Shown: positions 35,144 through 45,047 of the stretch, one piece after another | How the letters are laid out: each line of letters begins with the position of its first letter | Numbering within the stretch: the stretch's first letter is position 1 | Virus record (IMG/VR): IMGVR_UViG_3300030339_000005 | Source: a virus | Taxonomy: Duplodnaviria; Heunggongvirae; Uroviricota; Caudoviricetes | Direction: 5' to 3' (one strand) | DNA: 50,445 nucleotides | The notes under the pieces: model-generated | What the model saw: the letters and a program-made list of their open reading frames with translations, nothing else | The model's database searches: none | Told to the model about the DNA's origin: nothing | Made by a program: the position numbers and the translations under genes

Positions 35144-35351
35144 TCAATATTTAATAGGTGAAGTTGTGTGGATCCGCCCCTCCAATGCAACACCGAGAGA
35201 AGCAACAATTAAAGGTTATGATCCAACTGACGGAGTCCCTCTGATAAGATATCAAGGGGATAATGGAGAGTGGCATGAGAGTAGATTCTCTACTTTACTC
35301 ATGAGTACTTATAATGACCGACCAGATATTGATGAAAATATTAACGGTTAG
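35136..35351 (+). CDS. Small SH3-like protein
   Basis: Same motif as the previous gene. Confidence 0.6.
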   Translation: MDNQYLIGEVVWIRPSNATPREATIKGYDPTDGVPLIRYQGDNGEWHESRFSTLLMSTYNDRPDIDENING

Positions 35352-35353
35352 TT

Positions 35354-35833
35354 ATGAAAACTATAAGAAACGGTGTTTTTGAGACCAATAGCTCATCTTC
35401 ACATTCAATTTCTATTGGACCTTACGAAGAAGTACAATCCCTAAGGTGGGAATCAGTTTTTGAAATAGAGGAAGGAAAGGCTATTTTATACCCAGGAAAA
35501 TTAAGCACACATGTTAAGTATCTAGGAGAAGCTTCACAGACAAGATGTGAAACTTTATTTGATAAGTTAGCAATGGTTGTTAATTGGCTCCAGGGCCTTA
35601 GAGATGACTCTTGGTTAACTTTAGATGAATTTGATATCGCTATTCTTAGAATTAAGGAAGATTTTGAGCTTGATGATATTGTGTTTAGTACTTATTCTGA
35701 TTATTATCCATATTCTGAATATGGTGATAATCCATTTTCTAGGGAAGAGAATTTTCAGGAAGACTTCGAAGGCCTACTAAAAGTCGTACGAGATAATACT
35801 CAAGTAATCATTGATGAAGACATTCCAAACTAA
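35354..35833 (+). CDS. FETNSSS-motif protein 1
   Basis: N-terminus MKTIRNGVFETNSSSSHSISI. Confidence 0.75.
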   Translation: MKTIRNGVFETNSSSSHSISIGPYEEVQSLRWESVFEIEEGKAILYPGKLSTHVKYLGEASQTRCETLFDKLAMVVNWLQGLRDDSWLTLDEFDIAILRIKEDFELDDIVFSTYSDYYPYSEYGDNPFSREENFQEDFEGLLKVVRDNTQVIIDEDIPN

Positions 35834-36219
35834 TGAAGATAATATGTAGAAGCATATTTGAAACTAATAGTTCGTCAACTCATAGTACAACCATTATGAC
35901 TGTTGAGGATTATCAAGAATGGAAAAAAGACATCTTGTGTTATGATGAAGATAGTCACAAACTTATTACTAAAGAAGAACGTCTAGCAATGGCTAGAGAG
36001 AGTTATGAGAAATATCAAGTTCATTCTAGTCCAAATACTATTCCAGACGTAATTACTGATGAGCAAATTGAAGCTCATATTGAAGAAGAGTTAGATGAAT
36101 TTCCACAAACTTATTCAGACTATAAAGCTATTGCAGGAGATTATGAAACTGATACAAATCAATTTACTACTCCTGGCGGTGAAGAAATTATAGTCCTTTG
36201 TTATTACGGTTATAATTAA
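35833..36219 (+). CDS. FETNSSS-motif protein 2
   Basis: N-terminus MKIICRSIFETNSSSTHSTTI. Confidence 0.75.
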   Translation: MKIICRSIFETNSSSTHSTTIMTVEDYQEWKKDILCYDEDSHKLITKEERLAMARESYEKYQVHSSPNTIPDVITDEQIEAHIEEELDEFPQTYSDYKAIAGDYETDTNQFTTPGGEEIIVLCYYGYN

Positions 36220-36229
36220 ACCAAATTAC

Positions 36230-36655
36230 ATGAAAACAATTAGATACAACATTTTTGAAACAAATAGTTCTTCTTCTCACTCTATTACTGTGAGTCGAAG
36301 TGGTAATTATGTAAATGATTCTCTTTTTCCAGAGCCTAATTCAGCTGAACCAGTAATTCTCTTAGATGGTGGTAATTTTGGTTGGGGTGTGGATGTGTTT
36401 ACAGATTCAAATACAAAAGCAAATTATTGTGCTATTGATTTTGCTGCAAATGATGAGCCGATTAAACTTATACTTTTACAGAAAGTTATTGAGGATATGA
36501 CTGGCTGTAATGTAGTAATTGATTTAGACGATTTTTCTCATATTGATCACCAAAGTATTGGAACAGCTGATGATGAACTTATGGATTATCAGGATATAAA
36601 GGACTTCGTCTTTAATCCTGAATCAGAGTTGCTCATTGATAATGATAATCATTAA
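36230..36655 (+). CDS. FETNSSS-motif protein 3
   Basis: N-terminus MKTIRYNIFETNSSSSHSITV. Confidence 0.75.
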   Translation: MKTIRYNIFETNSSSSHSITVSRSGNYVNDSLFPEPNSAEPVILLDGGNFGWGVDVFTDSNTKANYCAIDFAANDEPIKLILLQKVIEDMTGCNVVIDLDDFSHIDHQSIGTADDELMDYQDIKDFVFNPESELLIDNDNH

Positions 36656-36667
36656 AAGATAAAACAA

Positions 36668-37558
36668 ATGGAATTACTTTATAAATATCAAAATGGAAAT
36701 GTTCTCGTTTCTATTTTTGATGATGGAACAAAAATACAAGAGTGGCCTGATGACGAAGCTCCAGCTCCCATTTATCCGAATTCAATGGATGTTAAGATTA
36801 CAAATAAATGTAACTTAGGTTGTAAATTTTGTCATGAAATGTCTGTTCCTGATGGAAAACATGCAGATCTTAGTGATTTGCTTGAGATTCTTGAGGATCT
36901 TCCAGCTGGTACAGAATTAGCTTTGGGTGGTGGTAATCCACTTGAACATCCTTGGCTTAAGTCATTTCTTATGGTTTGTCAAGATTGGGAATTTATTCCA
37001 AATCTTACAGTTAATGGTAAGCATGTTGAAAAATATGCTGACTTACTCAATACTTTGATTGACGAAAGGTTAATCTATGGCTTGGGTGTGTCTATTGAAG
37101 ATGACTTTGATTTTGCTATTATGGATAAAATCCATAATGTATCTAATGTTGTTTATCATGTTATAGCTGGTGTAAATGATTATACCATTCTAGACAAAAT
37201 AAAGGACAGGATGGGCAAGGTATTGGTCTTAGGATACAAAGATGTTGGCAGAGGCATAACTAATCATTCTGAACTTACTGATGTACTTCAGAGTGAGTGG
37301 TTTGGTCATATCAAACTTTATATTCATAGACTCCACATGTCTTTTGATAACCTAGCGGTTAAGCAATTAGACATTAAATCTTATTTATCTCCGGAAGAAT
37401 GGGATGAATTCTATATGGGAACTGACGGACAGTTTACTATGTATATAGATGCTGTTAGTCAAGAGTTTGCAGTTTCTTCTACTTCAGTAACTCGTTATCC
37501 ACTAAAAGGAACTATTGAGGAAATTTTCTCGAAAGTTCAAAGTGAACCAAAAAATTAA
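36668..37558 (+). CDS. Radical SAM enzyme
   Basis: CNLGCKFC (CxxxCxxC), GGGNP, TVNG. Confidence 0.9.
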   Translation: MELLYKYQNGNVLVSIFDDGTKIQEWPDDEAPAPIYPNSMDVKITNKCNLGCKFCHEMSVPDGKHADLSDLLEILEDLPAGTELALGGGNPLEHPWLKSFLMVCQDWEFIPNLTVNGKHVEKYADLLNTLIDERLIYGLGVSIEDDFDFAIMDKIHNVSNVVYHVIAGVNDYTILDKIKDRMGKVLVLGYKDVGRGITNHSELTDVLQSEWFGHIKLYIHRLHMSFDNLAVKQLDIKSYLSPEEWDEFYMGTDGQFTMYIDAVSQEFAVSSTSVTRYPLKGTIEEIFSKVQSEPKN

Positions 37559-37627
37559 CACAAAAAATTTGGTAAAGTCAGAAAAAATGCTTATCTTGTA
37601 GTATAATTCTAAAGTAAAAAATAAGAA

Positions 37628-38278
37628 ATGAAACAAGGTTTAATCTATAAATACACTTCACCAAGTGGTAAAAGTTACATCGGGCAAACATCTGATGAAA
37701 ATTGACGAATGAAGTGTCATAAAAGTTCAAATTGTAAGACTAAGTTTAATTCTGCCATTAAAAAGTATGGTTTTGAAAATTTTACATATGAAATTTTATT
37801 TAAAACTTCTTTTACCAAAGATTTGGAAAAATTAAAAGATGTGCTTAATCAAATGGAAATTGCCTTTATTGAATATTATAATTCATTTAATAATGGTTAT
37901 AATCTAACTAAAGGTAGGGAGGGTGCATTAGGAGTTAAGTTATCGCAAGACGCTTTGGAAAAGTGTAAGAATACTAGACGACTTAAAAATCCAACATGAG
38001 GTGATAAATTACTAGTCATTGATGCTACTATAAAAAGAGAGGCAGCTAACATTAGACGCCAAGAGAAATTACGGCAGTTAGAAAAACGAAGACGACCTCG
38101 TATTTTACAATATGATTTAAATTTTAACTTAATTACGAAATGACAAACTCTTTCTGATATTAACAAATGCTTAGGTCTTTGTGAAAATGGAATTAGAACT
38201 TGTTGTCGAGAAAAGAGACTTAATTATAAGAGTTATATTTGGAGATACGAAGAAAAAGAAAAGAATGAGAAACTATAA
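37628..38278 (+). CDS. GIY-YIG homing endonuclease with three in-frame TGA (37703, 37997, 38141)
   Basis: GLIYKYTSPSGKSYIGQT...KYGFENF...E..FI..Y.S..NGYNLT.G; NUMOD-like ILQYDL...ITK*QTL...YIWRY. Confidence 0.8.
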
Positions 38279-38555
38279 AGTAGAACGACTTCTAAATGGA
38301 GAATCTTTCATTACTTCTGAAAAAGGAAACTCAATGCTTCCTATAATCAAATCAGGTCAGGAACACAAATTATCACCGGCTCAATGGGAAACTGTTGAAG
38401 TCGGTGATGTTGTCTACTGCAAAGTCAGAGGTAATTACTACACGCATTTAGTAAAAGCAAAAAATAATGATCGTGGTTGTCTAATTGGCAATAATCATGG
38501 TCATCTAAACGGTTGGACAAAAGCTGTTTATGGTAAAGTAACAGAAATATTATGA
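38265..38555 (+). CDS. S24/S26 peptidase-like protein
   Basis: GNSMLP.I.SG, VGDVVYCKV, THLV. Confidence 0.7.
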   Translation: MRNYKVERLLNGESFITSEKGNSMLPIIKSGQEHKLSPAQWETVEVGDVVYCKVRGNYYTHLVKAKNNDRGCLIGNNHGHLNGWTKAVYGKVTEIL

Positions 38556-38719
38556 GAAGACAATCAGGATATTATTGGGTAAAAAATCCAGATCCTATAG
38601 CATGGACCATTGCTTATTGGAATGAATCATTAGGTTGGTGGGTTGGTGATTTTGAATCAAAAAAATTAGATGATTATTGGTTAATCATTGACGAAAGACA
38701 AATTGTCCATCGTGAATAG
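38552..38719 (+). CDS. Small Trp-rich protein (not in ORF track)
   Basis: MRRQSGYYWVK...; six Trp, all TGG; ATGA overlap. Confidence 0.6.
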   Translation: MRRQSGYYWVKNPDPIAWTIAYWNESLGWWVGDFESKKLDDYWLIIDERQIVHRE

Positions 38720-38730
38720 AATCTTTATAA

Positions 38731-38826
38731 ATGACACTTGACAGAACTGAGCGACAAAACTTAGGAGTTAAGCGTTGGATACAAGCTGGTTGTAGAGGAA
38801 CTCTACAATGGTGTACAGGCGTTGGT
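38731..38826 (+). CDS. SF2 (DEAD-like) helicase exon 1
   Basis: MTLDRTERQ...WCTGVG; joins exon 2 to form Walker A TGVG|KT. Confidence 0.85.
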
Positions 38827-38919
38827 ATCATTAAAAATGATATAAATTAAATTAAGATAGTATCAGGATAAAAATCAATGTATGTCGTATATTTTAGATT
38901 TTATGTGCAATAAAAATAT

Positions 38920-38927
38920 TACCTTTG
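38920..38927 (+). promoter_or_regulatory. -7 promoter box inside intron
   Basis: TACCTTTG upstream of ATG 38952. Confidence 0.6.
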
Positions 38928-38951
38928 TGTAATATAATAAAAATATAAAAT

Positions 38952-39821
38952 ATGGGAAAAAGACACGAACAAAGAATTTATGATGAATTAGCTACTAAAT
39001 ATTTAGTAGAAGGATTTAGTTTGATAGAATTATCAAAACAATCAGGAATAGATAGAAGAACATTATCTACTAATTTTAAAAGTATGGGAATTAAAATAGT
39101 TAATAAACAAAATTTAACTAAATTTGATGAACATATATTTGATGAAATAGATAATGAAGAAAAAGCATATTGGTTAGGATTTATTTTTGCAGATGGTTAT
39201 ATATCAAGTTCAAGTAATAATTTTGAATTATCTCTTGGAATAAAAGATATAAATCATTTAGAAAAATTTTCACAATTTATGAAATATGTTGGACAAATAA
39301 AACAAGATTCTTATAGATGTAGATTTTCATTGAGAAATAAACATTTATGGAATATATTAAATAATTATGGTTGTACTCCTAAAAAATCATTAACTTTAAA
39401 ATTTCCAAATATAAATATCTTTAAATCTGAGGATTTAATAAGACATTTTATAAGAGGATATTTTGACGGAGATGGTTGTATTACATATCAAAAAGATACT
39501 TATTTTGTAAGTGCTGTTTGTTCTGTAATTGGTACTCCTGAATTTTTAAGTAAATTTGAACAATTATTAAATTTTGAAAAAGAAATTACTAAGTGTAAAG
39601 ATAAAAGACGAACTAATAATACAATTAGTTTATCTTTTAAAAGATCCGAGTCATTAACATTAATGATGTACTTATATGAAAATTCTTCTATTTATCTAGA
39701 AAGAAAATTTAAATTATATTCATTTTTTAAAAATGGATGCCGTTCATTAGAGGAATTTAGTGAATTATTATTGACCAATATCGGGGAAAGCTGTGATGCC
39801 AATCCCGAGATAAATGATTAG
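38952..39821 (+). CDS. Intron-encoded LAGLIDADG homing endonuclease
   Basis: YWLGFIFADG and FIRGYFDGDG. Confidence 0.9.
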   Translation: MGKRHEQRIYDELATKYLVEGFSLIELSKQSGIDRRTLSTNFKSMGIKIVNKQNLTKFDEHIFDEIDNEEKAYWLGFIFADGYISSSSNNFELSLGIKDINHLEKFSQFMKYVGQIKQDSYRCRFSLRNKHLWNILNNYGCTPKKSLTLKFPNINIFKSEDLIRHFIRGYFDGDGCITYQKDTYFVSAVCSVIGTPEFLSKFEQLLNFEKEITKCKDKRRTNNTISLSFKRSESLTLMMYLYENSSIYLERKFKLYSFFKNGCRSLEEFSELLLTNIGESCDANPEIND

Positions 39822-39979
39822 ATTACGAAAGGCTAATCATCATCGTAACGCGTAGGAGATGAATAAATATAATTCTCCCAAGAGTGGTTAACATCCAGAA
39901 CGGATGAAAAGGTACGCTGGTCTTATACAAAATAGAAGTATAAGAAGTTAAGATAAAAAGCTTAACGATAACAAAAACG

Positions 39980-41116
39980 AAAACGCGTGCTGCATTAACA
40001 GCAATTAAAGGTTTTTTAGCAAAAAACCAAAACAAGATTATTAAGGTTGTTGTACCTACTGAGCATTTAAAAATTCAGTGGATGCAAGAGCTTTCCAAGT
40101 ATGGATTACTTCAAGATGTTAGTGTCGAGATTATTAATTCAGCCATTAAAAATACAAATTCAATAGACTTTTTAGTCTTGGATGAGTGTCATAGAATTCC
40201 TTCTGATACTTTTTATGCTGTCTTTAATCAAAGACAACCTAAGATTGTATTAGGACTTTCAGCAACATTTAGTAGATTAGATGGTCGCCATGAATTACTT
40301 AACAGATTTTGCCCAGTATGTGATGTTATCCATATAGGTGAAGCAATTGAGAATGAATGGTTAGCCCCTTATAGAGAGTATAAAGTTATTATAGAGCCGG
40401 ATGATATTGAAACTTATCGAGAGATAAACCGTCAATTTCATGAGGCTTTTGCTATCTTTAATTTTGACTTTAAGTTGGCTATGGATTGTGTAACTAATAT
40501 CATATCACGAAGAGTGTATGGTAAAAAGTTAGGAATGGCTGTCTCTGATATGGATGGAGTAGTTTTTACTTGGAGTCGTTGTTTAAAAGCTCGAAAAGCT
40601 TATGTAATGAACCATCAGAAAAAAATTGATATTGCGAGAAGAATCATTGAGGCTAGACCCAATGAAAAGATTATTACTTTCTCTGCAACAATTGCCCAGT
40701 CTGAGAAGATAGGGAGTGGTTATGTTGTGAATTCTGGAAAAACTAAAAAGAAAAACAGAATCACAATGCAAGAATTTGCAAAGTTAAATCGCGGTGTAAT
40801 TCATACTGCAAAAAGTCTTGATGAAGGGTCAGATGTACCTGGATTGAATACTGCAATAGTACTTTGTAATACATCTTCTCAAACTCAAAAGACACAACGA
40901 ATTGGTCGTGTTATTAGATTTGAAAAGAATAAAAAAGCAGAAATTTTTACTCTTGTAATAAAGGGAACAATGGAGGAAGGATGGTTTAACACATCTACAG
41001 CAGGAAACAACTACATAGAGATTACCGAGTCAGAATTAGATGAAGTACTATCTGGACATGTGTCAACTAACTTAGAACAAGAAGCTAAGGAGGTTGGAAT
41101 AATGTTTAGATTCTAA
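39980..41116 (+). CDS. SF2 helicase exon 2
   Basis: KTRAA...VVVPT, DECH, LSAT, LDEG.DVP, QRIGRVIR. Confidence 0.88.
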   Translation, partial: KTRAALTAIKGFLAKNQNKIIKVVVPTEHLKIQWMQELSKYGLLQDVSVEIINSAIKNTNSIDFLVLDECHRIPSDTFYAVFNQRQPKIVLGLSATFSRLDGRHELLNRFCPVCDVIHIGEAIENEWLAPYREYKVIIEPDDIETYREINRQFHEAFAIFNFDFKLAMDCVTNIISRRVYGKKLGMAVSDMDGVVFTWSRCLKARKAYVMNHQKKIDIARRIIEARPNEKIITFSATIAQSEKIGSGYVVNSGKTKKKNRITMQEFAKLNRGVIHTAKSLDEGSDVPGLNTAIVLCNTSSQTQKTQRIGRVIRFEKNKKAEIFTLVIKGTMEEGWFNTSTAGNNYIEITESELDEVLSGHVSTNLEQEAKEVGIMFRF

Positions 41117-41126
41117 ATTTTATTTT

Positions 41127-41321
41127 ATGATATCAGAAAAAATGTTAGAACTGTTAACGCTTGTGCACATCTTGGATTGCTGTGCAAGTATTACGTCAGC
41201 TGAATATAACAGTTTGAAAGAACGTTATAAGATGCTAAGAGATGAATTTATTAAAGAACAATTACAGTACCCCATTATTAAAAATCCCGTAACGGATATT
41301 AAAAGCGATGAATGTAGCTAA
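41127..41321 (+). CDS. Hypothetical protein
   Basis: ORF. Confidence 0.45.
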   Translation: MISEKMLELLTLVHILDCCASITSAEYNSLKERYKMLRDEFIKEQLQYPIIKNPVTDIKSDECS

Positions 41322-41333
41322 AACCTACAATGC

Positions 41334-41948
41334 ATGCAGCATTTTGAATTATCTTTGCAAGAAGAAATTAATATATACATTAATAGTGGATTAACTCCCA
41401 CAGAATTATTTGTATTAAGATTACTTCTCTTAGCTGTAGATGATGAACCTAAATATTTAGTTAATTATATCTCGAATGTTCGAGAAGGAAAGGCTATTTT
41501 TAGACAGGTTCTTGAATCTCTAAAAGAGAAGAAAGTTATACTCTCGAGTTTTAAAGTTCCCTGTGAAGGTGAGACTTTAAATTATAAAAATATACCCTTT
41601 AATAAGAATTTTATGAAGTCGTACATTCGAGAATCCAATGAGATTGGTAAAGAGTTATTTGATGCATATCCTCCGTTTATTAATATAAATGGTAAGTTAT
41701 GTAGCATTAAAAATTTTACAAAAGCCAATTTATATTCCTTTGAAGAATTTTGTTTATATTATGGAAAAGCTATTAAAAATGCTAGTGCTACTCACGAAAG
41801 AGTGATAGAAGCATTAGAATTTGGCAAAGAAAATAATTTAATTAATTATTCAATAATTGAATTTATTGCTTCCCGAAAGTGGGAAGAAATTGAATATATT
41901 CAAGGTAGTGGAAATATTAATGGGTATAACAATTCTGAACTACTATAA
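41334..41948 (+). CDS. Putative replication initiator or helicase loader
   Basis: ELFDAYP; coupled to DnaB-like gene. Confidence 0.55.
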   Translation: MQHFELSLQEEINIYINSGLTPTELFVLRLLLLAVDDEPKYLVNYISNVREGKAIFRQVLESLKEKKVILSSFKVPCEGETLNYKNIPFNKNFMKSYIRESNEIGKELFDAYPPFININGKLCSIKNFTKANLYSFEEFCLYYGKAIKNASATHERVIEALEFGKENNLINYSIIEFIASRKWEEIEYIQGSGNINGYNNSELL

Positions 41949-43009
41949 TGCAGGGAGTAGATCAGTTATTTAACAATATAGAAGAGGGAAGACAGGGTCG
42001 CAATATTGGAATAAGCACTGGCTTACCAATAATTGACTCTTTAATTTATGGTATTCAAAAGAAGTATTTATATACTATTGGTGCTGACACATCTGGTGGT
42101 AAAACATCATTTGCTGTAGATACCTTCGTTTACAATTTAATAAAGAATGCAAATGGAAATCCTGTTTCTATTCTTTATTATTCTTTTGAGATGTCTAGCG
42201 ATATTTTATTTGCTAAGTTATTATCCTTACATATCTTTGATACGTATGGTGAAATAATAACTTATGAAGATATTCTCTCTTTAACAAAACCAATCACTCC
42301 AGAACAACTTCACTTTGTGAATATATCGAGAGATTGGCTATACGACCTTCAAACACATGTGACTATCTATGATAAAGCGCTTTCTCCAAATGGAATTTAT
42401 GCAACTTGTAAAGAGTGGCTTAAACAATTTGGTCGTTTTGTCGAAATTGGAGAACACAGAGAAGAGTATATAGATGATGATCCCCATCGATACAAAGTAG
42501 CTCTAATTGACCACGTAGGCTTGATAACTGGGCCAGGGTCAAAGAAAGAGAAAATTGATCTTACCGTTGACTATTTTATTTACTTTAGAAATAAATGTTC
42601 CATGACTGGAGTATTTATTCAACAATTAAATAGAAATGCAAAAGCAATGGATAGAAAAACTAATGGATATGAACTTATTCAATTAGATGATTTTAAAGAC
42701 ACTTCAGGAACCACAGATGGTTCGGATGTTGTTTTAGCACTTTATTATCCATACAGGGAAAAAATTGCGAGGTGTGAGGGCTATCCTATACAAAATGTAC
42801 TCAAGAAAAGATTTAGGTTACTCCAAGTCTTAAAGAACAGATATGGTATTGCTGATTCAAATAAAGGCTGTGCCTTTTATGGAGAAATTGGACTCTTTAA
42901 AGAGATTCCAAGACCTGATGAAATTGGTGATTATGAGCCATACTTATCACTAGATTATTTAAAACCAAATGAAGATAACAATGAAGACATGAACGTATTT
43001 AAATTTTAG
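41948..43009 (+). CDS. DnaB-like replicative helicase
   Basis: GISTG..., GADTSGGKTS, YSFEM, IDHVGL, QQLNR, KNRYG. Confidence 0.88.
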   Translation: MQGVDQLFNNIEEGRQGRNIGISTGLPIIDSLIYGIQKKYLYTIGADTSGGKTSFAVDTFVYNLIKNANGNPVSILYYSFEMSSDILFAKLLSLHIFDTYGEIITYEDILSLTKPITPEQLHFVNISRDWLYDLQTHVTIYDKALSPNGIYATCKEWLKQFGRFVEIGEHREEYIDDDPHRYKVALIDHVGLITGPGSKKEKIDLTVDYFIYFRNKCSMTGVFIQQLNRNAKAMDRKTNGYELIQLDDFKDTSGTTDGSDVVLALYYPYREKIARCEGYPIQNVLKKRFRLLQVLKNRYGIADSNKGCAFYGEIGLFKEIPRPDEIGDYEPYLSLDYLKPNEDNNEDMNVFKF

Positions 43010-43011
43010 CT

Positions 43012-43713
43012 ATGGCAGAATTAGGAGCAATTGTCGGCGAGAGTGGATCAGGAAAGTCAACCTCATTGAGGAACTTAGATCCAAAAGAAACATTTATTAT
43101 AAATGTAGCCAGAAAAGCTCTGCCCTTTAAAGGGCGTAAGAAAAATTATAAGGAACTGACTGTTGACCCAGAAACTCACAAATATGTGGGAAATCTGTAC
43201 AACACGAGCAGTGTAGAACAGATTGCAAAGGTTTTAAAATTGATTGATAAAACTATGCCAAACGTAAAACAAGTTATTATTGATGATAGTCAATATTTAA
43301 TGAGTTTTGAGGCAATGGATAGAGCTAGTGAAAAGGGTTATGAAAAATTTACTCAAATTGCTCAGCACTTTTTCTCAGTCTTAAAAGAAGCTATGGATAT
43401 GAGAGAGGACTTGAAAGTATTTATTCTGACACATGCAGAAAATACTGGGGATAACTTAAATCCTAACTTTAAGATTAAAACAATTGGTAAAATGATCGAC
43501 AACATGATTACTGTTGAAGGTTTGTTCACTTATGTATTATTTACAACAAGAATCAAAGATGATGATGGAGTTCTTCACTATAAGTTTATGACTCAAAGTG
43601 ATGGTACAACCACTGCAAAAACGCCGATGGGATGCTTTGAAAGCAATCTAATAGATAACGATCTGCAATATGTATTTGCGCAGATGGATAAATATAACAA
43701 CGACGAAGAATAA
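43012..43713 (+). CDS. P-loop ATPase (Sak4/AAA_24-like)
   Basis: GESGSGKSTS, IIDD.QY, AKTPMG. Confidence 0.8.
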   Translation: MAELGAIVGESGSGKSTSLRNLDPKETFIINVARKALPFKGRKKNYKELTVDPETHKYVGNLYNTSSVEQIAKVLKLIDKTMPNVKQVIIDDSQYLMSFEAMDRASEKGYEKFTQIAQHFFSVLKEAMDMREDLKVFILTHAENTGDNLNPNFKIKTIGKMIDNMITVEGLFTYVLFTTRIKDDDGVLHYKFMTQSDGTTTAKTPMGCFESNLIDNDLQYVFAQMDKYNNDEE

Positions 43714-44273
43714 TGAAACAAGTAATTGTATCTTTTAATTTTGATCCGGAAACTGAAGTAGTTTCTGAGGTTAAATGTGTGGTCGACGGTGTCGAGAAGA
43801 AAAAGAAGACTACGAAAAAAGTAAAAGACATAGAAGAGGAAATGGCAAGTGAGGCTATTCTTGTTCTTGAACCTAATAAAATCACTTTTAATAATAAAGC
43901 AGTTGCAGAAATGGAACTAGAATATGAAGATAGAGTGGTTATTAAATGGGAAAGACAAGGTAAGCAGATGATTCCAATTATTGGAAAAGATATTGCATTT
44001 GAAGAAGAGGGTACTGGAAACAAGATCACTAAAGCAAATACAATAACTTACAAAGGTAAAGCTAATGCAGTTCTTGCAGAAGCAGGATCAGAATTCACAA
44101 TAGAATTAGTTAAAGAAGGAATTTGGAAACTAATTTCAACATCAGCACCTATTACTGCAGATGAGACTTTCACATTAGAGGAAGTTATCAAAGAGGCAGA
44201 AGATACTGAGCCAGACCTTTTAGTTGAAACAGATGAGGAAACAGAAATAGATGAATTACAATTTCAACTTTAA
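43713..44273 (+). CDS. Hypothetical acidic protein
   Basis: Coupled ORF. Confidence 0.65.
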   Translation: MKQVIVSFNFDPETEVVSEVKCVVDGVEKKKKTTKKVKDIEEEMASEAILVLEPNKITFNNKAVAEMELEYEDRVVIKWERQGKQMIPIIGKDIAFEEEGTGNKITKANTITYKGKANAVLAEAGSEFTIELVKEGIWKLISTSAPITADETFTLEEVIKEAEDTEPDLLVETDEETEIDELQFQL

Positions 44274-44283
44274 TTAAACAATT

Positions 44284-45000
44284 ATGAGTTTTTCATTCGC
44301 AACAACAGCAGGAGCGTCACAAAGTAGCGCAAAACCAAGATTAAGCGGAAACAATATTTATACAGTCAAATTTGATGGCTGTGAAATTCAAGATATAAAG
44401 GGTGTGAAAGACCCCAGTAAAGAATATAAAGTTCTTAAACTGAAATTTTCGAATGACGAAGGTACATACGAGCATACCATTTTTGAACCAAGACCCGAAG
44501 ACTTCGAAAGAGGTGAAAGTAAATATAATGATAAAACTACGGGAGAGGAAAAGAAAATTCCACAAGCATCTGGAGTGGAAAACGTGATGTTATTATTTAA
44601 ACATGCTATTGACGCAATCAGTCCTGCTATTGGAAAGCAGATTGATGAGGGGACCAAAAATCTTGGCGCCAAAGATTGGACGGACTTAAGAACCCTAGTA
44701 TCTAAAATTCTAGATCTAGGAAAAGGGGCCGAAGTTCAAATTAAACTATTAACTAACAGCAAGGGTGAAGCTACATTCCCCGGTTATTTCTCAGGTATCA
44801 GTAAAGAAGGAAAAGCGTATGTACGTAACAACTTTATCGGTCACAAATTAGCATTCAGCGCTTATGAAATCTCCAAAGTTAATAACGCAGCAACAGCTAA
44901 ACCTACAAAAGTGGATTCATTTATTCCAAATATCCCTATCAACACTGAGTCGACCAGTGGTTTAGATCTGGACTTTGAAATTGATGCACTATTATTGTAA
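44284..45000 (+). CDS. Putative single-stranded DNA-binding protein
   Basis: Position between ATPase and primase; acidic tail DLDFEIDALLL. Confidence 0.5.
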   Translation: MSFSFATTAGASQSSAKPRLSGNNIYTVKFDGCEIQDIKGVKDPSKEYKVLKLKFSNDEGTYEHTIFEPRPEDFERGESKYNDKTTGEEKKIPQASGVENVMLLFKHAIDAISPAIGKQIDEGTKNLGAKDWTDLRTLVSKILDLGKGAEVQIKLLTNSKGEATFPGYFSGISKEGKAYVRNNFIGHKLAFSAYEISKVNNAATAKPTKVDSFIPNIPINTESTSGLDLDFEIDALLL

Positions 45001-45047
45001 TTGATAAATCTTTGGGTCTCTAACACATTATAATAGAAAAGAAATAA

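Larger units (their letters stand above)
38827..39979 (+). mobile_element. Group I intron in helicase Walker A, endonuclease in L1
   Basis: P1 GGT|ATC with GATGCC(39736-41); P7 GCGTA/TACGC; terminal G39979; in-frame exon join. Confidence 0.85.
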
